NCBI GenBank assembly: GCA_043228905.1
Contig: JBHGNT010000003.1
Location: 23,312,001 to 23,376,000 of the forward strand
DNA length: 64,000 nt
Reading direction: 5' to 3'
DNA from: Azolla caroliniana
Taxonomy: Eukaryota; Plantae; Polypodiophyta
The number at the start of each line of letters is the position of its first letter. Position 1 is the stretch's first letter. The notes below the pieces were generated by a model. That model was not told where the DNA came from. It saw only the letters and a program-made list of their open reading frames with translations, and made no database searches. Position numbers and translations under genes: made by a program. Shown one piece after another: positions 36,501 through 48,809 of the stretch.

Positions 36501-38663
36501 TCACAACGAACCTCCGTCATCCATCCGGCCCGACCGTTTTGTCTACATCCTCCACCGGACACCCTTTTATCGGTACGTCATCTAGGAACGACATAGTGAT
36601 GTCTAGGATGCAGTTCCTCAGCACCTTGTTCATGCGTTCACCATGTGCGCCACCGAATTCGTTTCTCCTTGCGGTAGGGTACACATCCGCACCAAGCCGA
36701 GAGGAGTCCGCATTGTCGTGATGTCCCTGCTCTTTACAACTAGTTGGAACTGGTCGTACCTCGAGTATAAGTCACTGACCGAATAGATCGACCTTCCGGC
36801 GAAGGCCTCCACAAACTCGTCTATGGTCGGCCCAATTCCTGCATTACGGTGTCGCGAAGATGCGTGTGCGAGCGTGCTTCGCTTGAGCGGGACCACCGGG
36901 GTCTTGGACCAAGGAGGATGTTCGTCAAGGTATTGAGAAGAGGACGATGTGAATGTAAGATTGGAGGAAGACCTATTACACTTGAGAAGATTGAAGATTG
37001 TACACTTGAGAAGTAGATAAATAATTACAAGATAGATGCGAAGAAGAAGAAATAGAAGCTTATATTATTGATGGTGATGATGATGGTCATATCATATTGA
37101 GCCCCCCCCTTTACACAAGCCGTACTAGGGGTTTTATAGGTTTTTCCATGCACAAAACCATGGGCTTGGAGCCATGGTTTCTGTGCACACAGTTTTGCTT
37201 TGTGACATGTAGGAAACCATGGGCTTAAAACCGTGGTTTTGTGTACATGGTTTTGTTCGTTTGTTTCCTATAGAATACTGAATATGAGAAAGAAATACTT
37301 AGAGGTGCAAGGTTCAAATCCTACTTGCAACCTTGTACATGCACTCAATGCCATTGTGACCTAGGTTTTTTTATTTTTATTTTTACAAGTATTCGTGAAA
37401 TGTGTGTGGATCCTCAATTTTTGACTTTTTCTCGCACTAGACATGCCACATCACGACAACGGAAGGTCACCTTGTTGACTGGTTGCAAGTCCTGTATTAA
37501 GCGCAACGTGTCGTTCTTCTTTGGCACTGTGAACCACCGATTCGACTATGGGGCACTGGACGGTTCGAGGATGCCCATATTGACCTTCTGCTTCAGTAGC
37601 TCCATCAACATCGGGATGTGAGCTCTAGGGACCGGAATCGGTTTGAGATTCCATGGCACATGCGGTACCGTGAAGATCACCGTTGGCTCGACGATTGTCG
37701 GGTCTACGCACACGATCTCCTCCCGCGAGAATGCGAAGGCCTTCCCGTGCCTTCCGAGCATCCTCCGAAACCGGTCCTCCTCCTCCGGCAGTAGAAAGCC
37801 ACCCCCACCAACCTTGAGCTCCCGTAGCGTCATGTCGGTGAACCGGTGCCCTATGCCGGCTGGATTCCGTAAACTTGGGTTCGACGCGACCCCTTTTATC
37901 CGCGCTCCGCTACCCTCCGGCAAGGGTGCCGCAACTGGCCTCACCTTCTAGTCCACAATCTTATACTTCGTATCCACGCGGGCCGTTCGATCCGACCCGA
38001 TCCTCCCCCCGAAGTCCGTGATGACTTCGTACATCCCTATCGATCTAACCGAAACGGTCCGGTCTTCGCTAAGGCCTTCACCAACAACCTTTCGTAATTC
38101 GCTCAAGGTGTCGTCAAAAGAGACCGCCTCCACGGCGCCACTAATTTCTTCGTCGGGGGAGAGGACCCCACACCCCCTTAGCCGTCTCTCAGCCCGCCTA
38201 CTCTCCTAGCTACTGATGTCGGTTAACGTCCAACCTCCGTTTTTGGAGAGAAAAAATTTCCTACCTATAATACATGTGTGGGGTTCTTCCGGGGTGTCCA
38301 GACTATCGTGGCCCCACGCCTTGATAACCCTCTCTAAAAATCTCCTCGGCTGTCGCCACCGAGGGTCTCGCGGTTTCACTCGTGGTTGGGTCGCACTGTC
38401 ATGAATTGGACAGAATGCCAACCGTCTTGGCTCTTGACGCGCGCGTACGCCGAACTGTTGTCCAGTACTTTCATCTCCGTGCATGCTGCCGTAATGTACG
38501 GTTCACCGAGAATTACCGGGTGCGAGGAAGTCTCCTACACGAAGAAATGCTGATTTATCTCGACGTCGCCAATCTTCACGCGTACGTTCGGGCACGCACC
38601 ATGCAACTCCTCTATAGTGCGTGTTTCCATGCGTATCTTCCACCCGTGCTTGGTGTTGATCGG
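33567..38663 (-). mobile_element. Non-chromovirus Gypsy (Phygy-like), degenerate PR-RT-RH-INT plus 3' LTR
   Basis: 3' LTR about 33567-34195, PPT GGTGGGGGTGGA; RT NRWFTVPKK...LPQG...FLDD; RH VDTS...KRELWG; HHCC integrase; WFGPY; no chromodomain. Confidence 0.85.
36850..37458 (-). mobile_element. Phygy-like solo LTR inside the Phygy-like RT
   Basis: TGTCGCGA...TCACGACA; perfect 4-bp TSD ACGG; the RT frame rejoins across it. Confidence 0.88.
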
Positions 38664-38873
38664 GTGGAGGTGCCACCCATTCGCTGCTGCAAGCGCTATC
38701 ACGGTTCGCACGGTTGTCATCTTTGCCACCGGGGCAAAGGTCACTTATTAGTCGACGCCCTGTGTTTGTGCGTAGCCCTTTGCTACAAGTCGAGCTTTGT
38801 AGCGGTTGACGGAACCATCAGCATTATAGTTCACTTTGTATATCCATCTACAACCGATTGCCTTCTTGTGCGG

Positions 38874-39623
38874 TGTCGTGAAGATTTCAGGCCACAATGA
38901 GAAATCGGAGAATGTTGGAAGGATCGGCAAGGTGCACCATGTGCACCCACCCTTGTATAGAATTAGCATAGGGGGTAGGGGTTGCCTTTGTAGCGCCGAA
39001 TAGGCAATAAAGTTGGGATAGAGGATCCCATGTAATAAGGGATTTATCCCACATTGTTACGCATCCCTCTCCTTGTTCGATAAAAGGAAGGGAGCGCCCT
39101 TTGTGAAGGGGTTGCCCATTTTGTGTTAGGGGGTATATACCGTTAGATTAGGGTTAGGTGGTTTTAACTTGGTAGTTTCTTTTTCTTCTCCTTCTTCCTC
39201 GTCGTGAGGGTTGAGAGTTCGTGTTTTGTTTAGGGTTTGCTTCTGCTCGGTCTCCTGTGCAAGACCCCGCTCGGCGCGACGAGCCCGTGAGCTCCTCGAC
39301 CGGCGGCTTGGTAGCCGACTGCGGCTGTAACCTACCTTGGTTCGGCTCAAAGCCGGGGTTGTATTATTTCACTTGTAATATACATACTCATATCTGTTGT
39401 GCATGTTGGTGTATTTGGTGGTGTCGGGAGCACAACCCCTTGCTCCCTGTGCATAAGAGTCGGTGTCGCACGCATGCTCTCCCTCTTCTCTCTCTCTCTC
39501 ACTCTTGTGTTCGGTTGCATCCGGGTCGTGTCCGGTGTCAGTTTTCTTGGCATCCCTTTTCTTCCTCGTTCGAGACCCCCGTGGTCCCGCCCCTTCCACA
39601 CGCACGCACGTAATAACGCAACA
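38874..39623 (+). mobile_element. Phygy-like solo LTR inside D'
   Basis: TGTCGTG...CGCAACA; perfect 4-bp TSD GCGG; WDLVPHSP|HKKAIG rejoins across it. Confidence 0.88.
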
Positions 39624-41849
39624 GCGGTGAGTGAGGGACGAGATCCCATCTCTCATTCTTGCTGAGAGTTTGCATCTCCTCGTTCATCGCTTCAACCCAT
39701 TACAGATCTTTAGCGGCTTCGGCAATGCTCTCTGGTTCTCGAACTGCTGCCACCTTCATCATAAAGGCATAATGGTATGCCATATAGTCGTCGTAGCCAA
39801 ATCGGCTAACCGGATTCTTCTCTCGGCTAGAGCGACGAAGTTTCTCATTTGCTGATATGAGTGCTTTCTCAACTCCGGATGACCTCATAAGAGGCACATC
39901 AAAGCCATTGAACTCACCATCGAGTGAATGAGTCGATTCGTTTCTGTCGAAGTGATCGTCTTCATATTCTGGCATTTTGGCCTTCCCTTTGTCCATCTTT
40001 GGACTTGGCCGAGATGTGCTTTGGTTGCTCGGAGGCTCTTGTGGTCCACTCAATCTGGTTGAGATCAGACTCTCTTCGAGTATTGACCTTAGTTGATCAT
40101 CGTCTTCTATGTTGTCAAGGTCATTCGTAGATGGTTCAGGAGGAGTCGGCTCGGGTTTGTACCATGATGTCGATTCATCAAAGACGACATCCCGACTTAC
40201 ACGAGTCTTCCGAGTAGAGGTGTTGAAGCACTTGTACCCCTTTTGCTCGAGTGAGAGCCCCACGAGGATGCACTTCTCTGATTTTGGGTCAAGCTTCTGC
40301 CGCTTCTCATGGGGAATGTGCACGTATGCAATGGAGCCGAATATCATTACATGGGATAGATCCGGCTTCTTTCCATAGTATTTCTCGTGCGGGGTGACCT
40401 CATGCACTCTGGATGTTGTGCACCAGTTCATCAGGTAGACGGTGGTATTTGTAGCTTCTGCCCAATATGACTTGGGCATATGCTTCTCATTTAGCATGGC
40501 CCTTGGTACTTCAAGGATGACATGCTGATTCTTGCGTTCGGCTACACCATTCTGTTGCGGTGTGTGTCGGCAAGTGAATTCTCGCCGAATTCCTTCTTGT
40601 TGAAGGTATGCTATGAACGCATCGGAGAAGTATTCCTTTCCTCCGTCTGACCAAAGACATCGTACATGGCGCCCAGTTGTCTTTTCGACTTCGCTTTTGA
40701 ATTTTTGGAAGTGTGTAAACACTTCGCTCTTCATCCTCATGGGAAAGATCCATGTGTATCTAGATAAGTCATCGATGAAGGTAACATAGTACCGACATCC
40801 TCCGAACATAGCCGTTTGTGTTGGTCCCCACACATCCGAGTGGACTACGTCCAATAGGCCTTTGCTCATGTTCCTCTCCTTCGGGAATGGGTGCCAATGT
40901 TGCTTGCCGAATTGGCATGCTTCACATACTCCTTCAATCTCTTTCTCTTTGAAGGTCGAGAGCCCGATGACGACTCCTTTCGATTGCATCGCCTTGAGTT
41001 TGTTGAGATTGATATGGCCAATTCTTTTATGCCATAGCTCTATGTCGGTGTTGAATTTGAGGCCCTTTGCAAACATGGCTGATTTTACCTCGTTCGCTTC
41101 GAGGATAAACATTCGGCCTTCCCTTCGACCACGAGCAATTAGTCGGCCTTCCTTCTCAATGAAGCAACCTCCTTGGTTGAATCGAACTTGCATCCCTTGC
41201 TCCACAATTTGGCCAACCAAGACCAAATTCTGCGTTATGGTGGGTACATGTAAAACATTTTTTATGCAAGTTTGTTCACCTTCTTTCCTGAATGGGACAT
41301 TTCCGACATGCCGAATCAGATGAGTGGTGTCATCTCTAGTCTCGAAATAACCGGGTCGATCCGACTCTCGAAGGTCTTTGAACCATTCTTGATGGGACAT
41401 CATATGGTTCGAAGCACCAGAGTCAATGAACCATACATCTTCCGGATTGGTGGCATTAGTCGAATTTGCTCTATGTCTCATTACAAACATTCCGCCATGA
41501 TCTTCATAGTCGGAGTTGGTGGCGTAATTGGTGATTTGTCGGCTTGTGGATGCCGACTCACGCATCTTCTTTTGGCACACTTCTTCATGGTGGCTGATTT
41601 TTCCGCAATAACCGCATTCAATCGAGGTTTGTTGGCTCGGACCAGAATGGAAGCTCCCCCTCTTCTGAAGGTTCCTCGATGGCTTCCGTTTTGTTGCCGA
41701 AATTGGGAGTTGTTGTCGTATGTCGGACCTCGTCCGCCTCGTCCTTGGCCGAATCAGCCTCTTGCTCGGCCGCGTCCTCTTCCTCCATTCGACTGTGTGT
41801 AGAGCATGTGGCCTTCCGAGGTGTTTCTCCTTGTTCGAACATGGTTTTC

Positions 41850-42497
41850 TGATAGGAATACACGCTCCCGATGAACAACGCTCGGCCACAACCGAGCCTA
41901 GGATCAAACACAGAAAACGGGTAATGAACGCACGACACAGTGAAGAGAAGAGTACACAGGATGTTAACGTGGAAAACCCAAACTAGGGAAAAACCACGGC
42001 AGCCCACAAACTGCAAACTATCACTATATCACAATGTACAATAGTAAAGCACCGAGGCAACGACCTCGAGCTTGCTATCTTCGCCATAGGCGACGGTTAC
42101 AACAGAGGCAATGACCTCTTCCTCTCTCTCTCTCTCTCTGTACACAGTTACGCACTCAAATCTTGCACCAACAAGAATGACCACTATGTTATTCTCTAAG
42201 TTTGCCCTAAGTCATATTTATACTAAAATGACTTTTCGGCTATTTGCAAATATAGCCACGATGGACTCTTAGAAACATATTTACGAATATGTCCCTTCAT
42301 CCGGTGAGCACTCCTCATCGGGCCTGCATCATCCGGCGCTTGCTAGGCACTCGTCATCCGGTTCTCACTGGACCTTCCTTGTCGGGTACTCGTCATCTGG
42401 TTCTCACCGGGTCTTTCGTTGCCGAGTACTCCACATTCGAGTTGCTCATCAGCACTGTTCTTCTCACTTCCCATCCGGAGGGACCTATTTCCTAACA
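41850..42497 (-). mobile_element. Copia (Tork-like) solo LTR inside D' gag
   Basis: TGATAGGA...TCCTAACA; perfect TSD TTTTC; homologous to the 8798 and 14354 LTRs. Confidence 0.88.
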
Positions 42498-43634
42498 TTT
42501 TCTTCAACCAACAACATGGATTGAAGATCGAAGAAAGAGGGAGGATTCTCCCTTGCTAGGACGGTGGTTCTCATCACACCGAACCGTGGTGCAAGGCCGC
42601 CGAGGAATATTTGCACCATCTCATCATCATCCACATTGACACTTATTGAGTCGAGCGAGTCACAAAACTCCTTGATCCTCAAGGTGTAGCTTATGATGGA
42701 CATGTCCCGTTGTTGGATGTTGTTCAACTCTTGGTGGAGTTGAAGCTTCCTCGCGGTCGTGTTGGCGGCGAAAATCTTTCGTAGATTTTCCCACGCTTCC
42801 TTCAGTGTCTCGGTTTCTCGAATGTAACCGAGCATGTGTTCGTGAACACGTCGCTAAGCAATACATTACTCGACTCGCCACTTGCTCCCATGTTGCATAG
42901 TTGGCGTCTTCCGGGTCAGGCCGGTTTTCTCGTGCTCCTTTGATGTAGCCCCAATAGCCTTGACCGACAAGGTATTGATGCATCTTGTACTCCCAAGATG
43001 CGAAGTTGTTTCGGTCCAACTTCTCGTTAGGGAGAGCGCTCCCCATTTGAGTATTCATGGTGTTCAATGTAGATTTCTTCCTTCTTCTTCTCTCTTGATT
43101 ACGAGCTATGTAGTCGCACTATGATAGCGATGAGCCAGTTCTTCTTGAATGTCGGCGTAGATCTCAACACACACAGATGGGCGAGATCAAGCTACCAACC
43201 TCGCTCTGATACCATGTAAAGAATCGATGGTGATTCTTGTGCAGTGGGAATAGACTAGAGATATGTGTTGTGAGTGTGTGTGTGTGTGTTTGTATGAGAG
43301 AGAGAGAGCGTGTGTGTGAGTGAGTGAGAGTGAGAGAGAAACACGAGATAGATTTAAACAATAGAATACTGAAGAAGATGTATATTACAAAGGAGATTAA
43401 TTGACTTGATGACAAAGTAGGAGGAGAGTGCTTTATATAGTCTCTCTCTCTCTTCATTAACTACCGAAGCTCATGGGTCATGGGGAATGTGAAAACTCAT
43501 TAGTTATGTGTCATAGAATATGATTCTATGACACATAGCTAATGTGTAGATAAGAGTGGTGACTTTTGACCTTTGAGTGCACACTCTCAAGGGTGTGTTC
43601 ACACACTAGACTAGGTTGAGCTTGATTCTCAACA

Positions 43635-45876
43635 GATCGCAATTCCATAGAATTTCTTGGTTATGTTATCTCACCCCACCCCAAGGCATCACAATGGATC
43701 CAAGGAAAATCAAGATTATCCAAGAATGGGCCACTCCAAAACGAGTAAAGGAGGTCCAATCATTCATTGGTTTCACGAATTCTATTGGCAATTTATCAAG
43801 GGGTTCTCTGTCATAGTACAACCCTTGATTGAGCTTCCTCGTAAAGGGATGTCGTTTCAATGGACTCAAGCCGCTCAACACACCTTCGACCTACTCAAGG
43901 AAATTTTTACCAATGCTCCAGTCCTTCTTCATGTTGACCCCACTAAACCTTTTCAAGTTGTAACAAATGCCTCTGGCTTTGCCATTGGTGCCATCTTATC
44001 CCAACCCAATGATGATGGCATCCTACATCTGGTGGCGTACTACCCCCGAAAATTCACAACTCCAGAAACCAACTATCCCATCTATGACAAGGAGCTCTCT
44101 GCTATAGTTGCATCTTTCATAGAGTGGAGACCTTACTACGCAACATCAGGTTTAGGTAATAACAGATCATAAAAATTTATTGTATTTCTCAACAACCCAT
44201 TCTTTGAATCGGTGGTAGACTAGTTGGTCAACTTTTTTAGCCAACTATGACTTTCAAATTGTCTTTCGACTGGGGGCACAAAACATGAAGGCTGATGCTC
44301 TTTCATGGCTCTCGGATTTCGAGTTGAGCCCAAGGTATGATGCCTATGCTCAACAATCCCAATGTTTGCTAAAACCAAATCAATTCTAGCTCTTCGCAAC
44401 ATGTATGCTCCATGACAACTCTTTGCTTGAGGAGATAGCTAAAACAAGTCTTCCCACCAACAAATTCGCCAATGCAATTAAGAACAGGCTTACTAATTTA
44501 TCTAAACCAAAGAACAAGGAAGACCTTGATCGCTTCAGATTCAAGGGGGGATTGTTTTACCGAGACCATCTCTTATAAGTTCTAAAGGGCCAATGTCAAA
44601 CCCAAGTTCTCTGAAAGTGTCATGATGACCCATTACCTTGCCATTTTAGAGTTACAAAGACATTAGAATTAATCTCGCGAGGATATTGGTGGTGTCAACT
44701 GTGGAAGTTCGTCAAGGAATTCATCAAGGCATGTGATACTTGTGCTTCCACCACATGCCATACGGTTTGCTCCAACCACTTCCCATTCCCAACCGGCCTT
44801 GGGCATCTATTTCCATGGATTTCATCATTGGCTTACCTCTAGTCCATGGATATGAAGCAGCGCTCGCCATGGTAGATCAGTTTACAAAAATGGCTCATTT
44901 TGTCCCCTGTGCAAAGACTATTTCAGTAGAACCAACATTCAATCTATTTTTAAAGAATGTGTTGTGGCTTCATGGGGTACCGGACAATGTCACCTTAGAT
45001 CACAGACCCCAAGTTTTCTCTCCTTTTTGGCGACAGGTCCTTCAAACACTGGCCCGCACAATAGTGAATTTGTCCTCGTCCTATCATCCTCAAACCGATG
45101 GCCAAATTGAGTGGGTGAACCAAATTCTCAAGCAATACCTTTGGTGCTCACTTAGCTACTAACAAGATGATTAGATTGACCTCCTAGCCGTAGCAGAGTT
45201 CACATATAATAATACGTTACATGGTTCAACAGGGGTCACCCCATTTTTCGCCAACTATGGTTTCCATCCTCACTTCAGTATCTCCATCTCAGGTAACTCT
45301 GTCAACCCTTCAGCGAGAGCATGTGCCCCTATTTTAGTAGACATTCATCAAGACCTCTCCCTCGAGCTCATCCTTGCAAGGGACCGGTACAAAGCGCAAG
45401 CTGATCAACATCGCTCATCCACACCCACCTTTGTAGTTGGTGATCAAGTCTAGCTCTTATGTCACCATGTCGACACTACTCCGCATCATTGAGTATATCA
45501 ACCCTATCACTTTTCGGCTACAAGAAGTTGGGGTCTTTCCGTATCATTGAGTGTATCAACCCCGTCACTTTTCGACTAGAACTTCCTCCGCATTTCCGGA
45601 TTCATAATGTCTTCCATGCCTCTTTCCTTGAACCTCATCATCCATCCATTATTCCTAGAAGACACTCTCCACCTCCACCTCCAATTGAGCTTTCCATAGG
45701 TGAGGAGTATGAGGTTGACAAGATTCTGGACTCTCGTTAGCATCGACGACAACTTCAATACCTGGTCCTATGGAAACGGTATCCCATTTCAGAGGCAACT
45801 TGGGAACTAGCCCAACACTTGGAAAATGCATTGGATGTGGTTCATGCATTTCATCACCAATATCCACAAAAACCTG
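43635..45876 (+). pseudogene. Degenerate chromovirus pol (RT end, RH, INT, chromodomain)
   Basis: IEFLGY, YDKELSA, ISMDFI, YHPQTDGQ, EEYEVDKILDSR; many stops and frameshifts. Confidence 0.9.
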
Positions 45877-46708
45877 TGTCGCGGAAGTCCGTGTGTATGT
45901 GTCGGAACGGGGCGGGACCACCAGGGTCTTGAACGAAGGAGCTGGTAAGAGAAAGTAAGAAAGAGAAAAGATTCTCTAGATCGGTATCCGGTTTTCTTTG
46001 CCAACACACGGACTCGGGTATGTAACCAATCCAAACCAACCGGCGGATGTCAGACGATGAGCGCACGGGCTCAGGCACATGTACTGCTCCGGACCTATTA
46101 CCGGATAACAACGATGAGCACATGGGCTCGAGACTCGGATAAATGCATGGGGTAGATGGAAACATAATGGAGAGGTGAACTCAACACAAAGAGAATAATC
46201 ATATACGAAAACGAAATGGATTAAATAGGAAAAGGGATACAACCGAACTTAGCCGGTAGCAGAGCTACATGCTCTCGAAACACGCACACACACCGAATGA
46301 TGAGCCTCTGGTCGGGAGGATGCAAGCTTCCTACGCGAGCAGAGGAAGCACCTTCTTCCCGAATCAATACAGAGAGAACAACAGAGCTCTGGATCTCAAA
46401 CCAACAACACTTCATTCTCCAAAACGATGGATCCCTACCTCTGTCTTCTCTTCCCCTTTTTATAACTCAAGAAGAGATAGAGAACTTCACGATTCTCTCC
46501 CCCCATCAATCACCATTATTCCTCTCTATACGTGTGGTCCTAAAGTACCTTTAACAACTCCTTCTTAGTATTCATCAAGAGTCAATAAACCAATACTATG
46601 TTATTTACAGTTGATAGTACATCGAACTCCCTTTGTGTGCATCTGTGCACACCCCCGGTCACACGCACATGTTGAGGTTTCTCTTTGTGGCCGGAATCCT
46701 CCACGACA
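45877..46708 (-). mobile_element. Phygy-like solo LTR between the chromodomain and PPT
   Basis: TGTCGCGG...CCACGACA; conserved U5 motif; TSD degenerate (CCTG/CCAA). Confidence 0.78.
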
Positions 46709-47075
46709 CCAAGGAGACATCTTAGGAGGTGGCCTTAGTAGGAGGGTAATGTCATGGATATGAAAGAAATCATGTCATGATTCGAACTCTTGACCTATTG
46801 TATTATAATCAATTTATATGTTTTAACCAACACATCCAATACATGGTCATATTACCTTAGTAGATTATTAATCAATTATCTATTCCATGTGCAATGAGAT
46901 TTTAGAAGCTTTCAAAAAGCTCCAGAAGCTTGTGCATAAAAATGAGTCTCTGCATGGAACTACATTTAGAGCACACAAACATGTATAAATATAGGGGTTC
47001 ACCTTGACCCTAGTCAAGGTGAACGCCTCCAATTACGGAATCCAATATTTTGCTTGTCTAACTCTTGCTTCCTTG

Positions 47076-47108
<33 letters not shown>

Positions 47109-48768
47109 ATCTTACCTTTCACCTAACTCTGTTTTGCTCTGCGAAATGGTTGGAAATTTTAGATGCATCACATTTGCTTCATGAAGCGTTTTAACTGCAT
47201 TCCCTTCATAATGCAGATTTTGTGCCAATGTATTGCAACTTGGGGAAGATCTGGAGGCTCATGTTTCATATATTATATTACAAATGTTGCACCAAACTAC
47301 AAAACCATCTTCTTCTACAAACAAGGAAACTAATACTCATATTCTTTTTGATGTGAGATGCATGTTTGGGTACAGTCTACAGATAAGGAGACTTGTCAGC
47401 TATGCATATTTTTTCTTGCACGAGTTCAAGAGTCAAAAGTATCACAATTTGATACAATGTGTTACATTTGACCAAATTCAAGTTTGATTTCCACACATTA
47501 TAAATCCAATCCACCGCTTGCACACCCTCAAATATTCATAATATGTTTACTCCCAATTATTACAATGTTTATTAGTAAAATTCTTGAATATTGAGGTCAC
47601 TACTCAATTCCACTAAGTGTGCATAATTGATTCACTTTTGGTCTTATAAGTAAATAATATGTAGTTCTCATTTCATTACAATTGAAGTAACACCACCATG
47701 AATGACTAACAACAAAATTTGGATCTACACCCCAAAGACTAATTTACAATAAACTTTGGATTTGTTTGGCGTCCAATTACCAAGAACTCACTCCCAACGT
47801 ACATACCAATTCAAATAACAAACAAGATGACATGTCACCTTACATAATTGTTACTCTTCATGTGATAGATTCCCCGACTTTTACAACAATGAAGAAATCC
47901 TTTTACAACGTATATATATACATATATGTCTTGTCTTGTCTTGTCTTGTTGTTCTATATTGTACCATCAAAGTCAAATTTTGAGAAATTCCAATTTTGGT
48001 CCACACCATGGGTTTGGCCCCATCCCATATATCATATTCAATAAAAAAGATTTATTCGGTTAGAAATATTTATAAAGGGAACAAGACATTCAAAATCTTT
48101 ATTAGGCTACAAATATTTGTAAAGGGAACAAATTGTGATAGAAGTACATATATAAAAAATATTTATAAAGGCTAAGATTATTTGTAAGGATTGTACAAAT
48201 AATATTAAACATTCAACTAGATTTGTATAGGTTTGTGGTTTTCTCATAATTTCGTAAGTGATTTGTGCACGGAAAAGAAACTTCTATATGGTTCTACCAA
48301 ATTCTTATAAGATTTGTGATGTTTTTTCATCATTTCAGACCAAAGTCGACCAATATGGGTGTATTCCTACATGTGCTAGAAAAATAGACATGAGTCCATG
48401 TAGGTCAAGTATTAGCGTGCAAACTTGCAATTCACACTTGTCATCAAATAGAACCTTTACATAGTGCGGTGGTAAAAAAAAGGTAAAGTGGTCGACTCTT
48501 GGGATCATACAATGTGTGAAAAATGGGCGACAGTGGACCATAGTTATCAAATGCAAAGTATGAACCACGTTTTGGTTACAAGTTTTGGAAGGGTCTTCGT
48601 CTCTAGAAGACACTTTTATTGACCTTTTTAAGTAAAGTGAAGGAGTTCTTTGAGTATATAAAGACTAGACGAGACCCAAGGGGCATTATAATTAAGGGAA
48701 AACATAGAAGTTAAGGCCAAGCTCTTAATTTGTATCAAAGAGCCACTTAATTCTCATTTATTAATACA

Positions 48769-48777
48769 TATATAAAC
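48769..48777 (+). promoter_or_regulatory. Putative TATA box of the LRR gene
   Basis: TATATAAA about 40 nt before the first ATG and 70 nt before the second. Confidence 0.45.
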
Positions 48778-48809
48778 CCTCCCATATCTACCAGACAGGT
48801 TTTGATTAT

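Larger units (their letters stand above)
38664..43634 (-). mobile_element. Copia element D' (same family as D, opposite strand), 5' LTR-gag-PR-INT-start of RT
   Basis: 5' LTR 43215-43634, PBS 43203-43214; gag 42498-43067; long ORF 39700..41907 with PR and INT; RT start YKARLVAKGYAQ, FAPVAKM. Confidence 0.9.
11013..47140 (+). mobile_element. Old Gypsy chromovirus that hosts the nest
   Basis: 5' LTR 11013-11435 (cGTCATGGATA...TATCCATGACA); homologous 3' LTR 46750-47140 (3'-truncated); PPT AGGAGGG before 46750; gag start 11465-11639; degenerate RT-RH-INT-chromodomain 43635-45876. Confidence 0.75.

Noticed and set aside
37298-37325. B-box-like GGTTCAAATCC in a Phygy-like solo LTR
   Set aside because: Single occurrence with no clear A box, not seen in the sibling LTRs
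41650-41907. Novel N-terminus of the 735-aa ORF
   Set aside because: It starts inside an inserted solo LTR and runs in an alternative gag frame before joining the true frame
30151-43634. One giant element with about 420-bp terminal inverted repeats
   Set aside because: Both ends are 5' LTRs with their own PBS and gag, and there is no shared TSD
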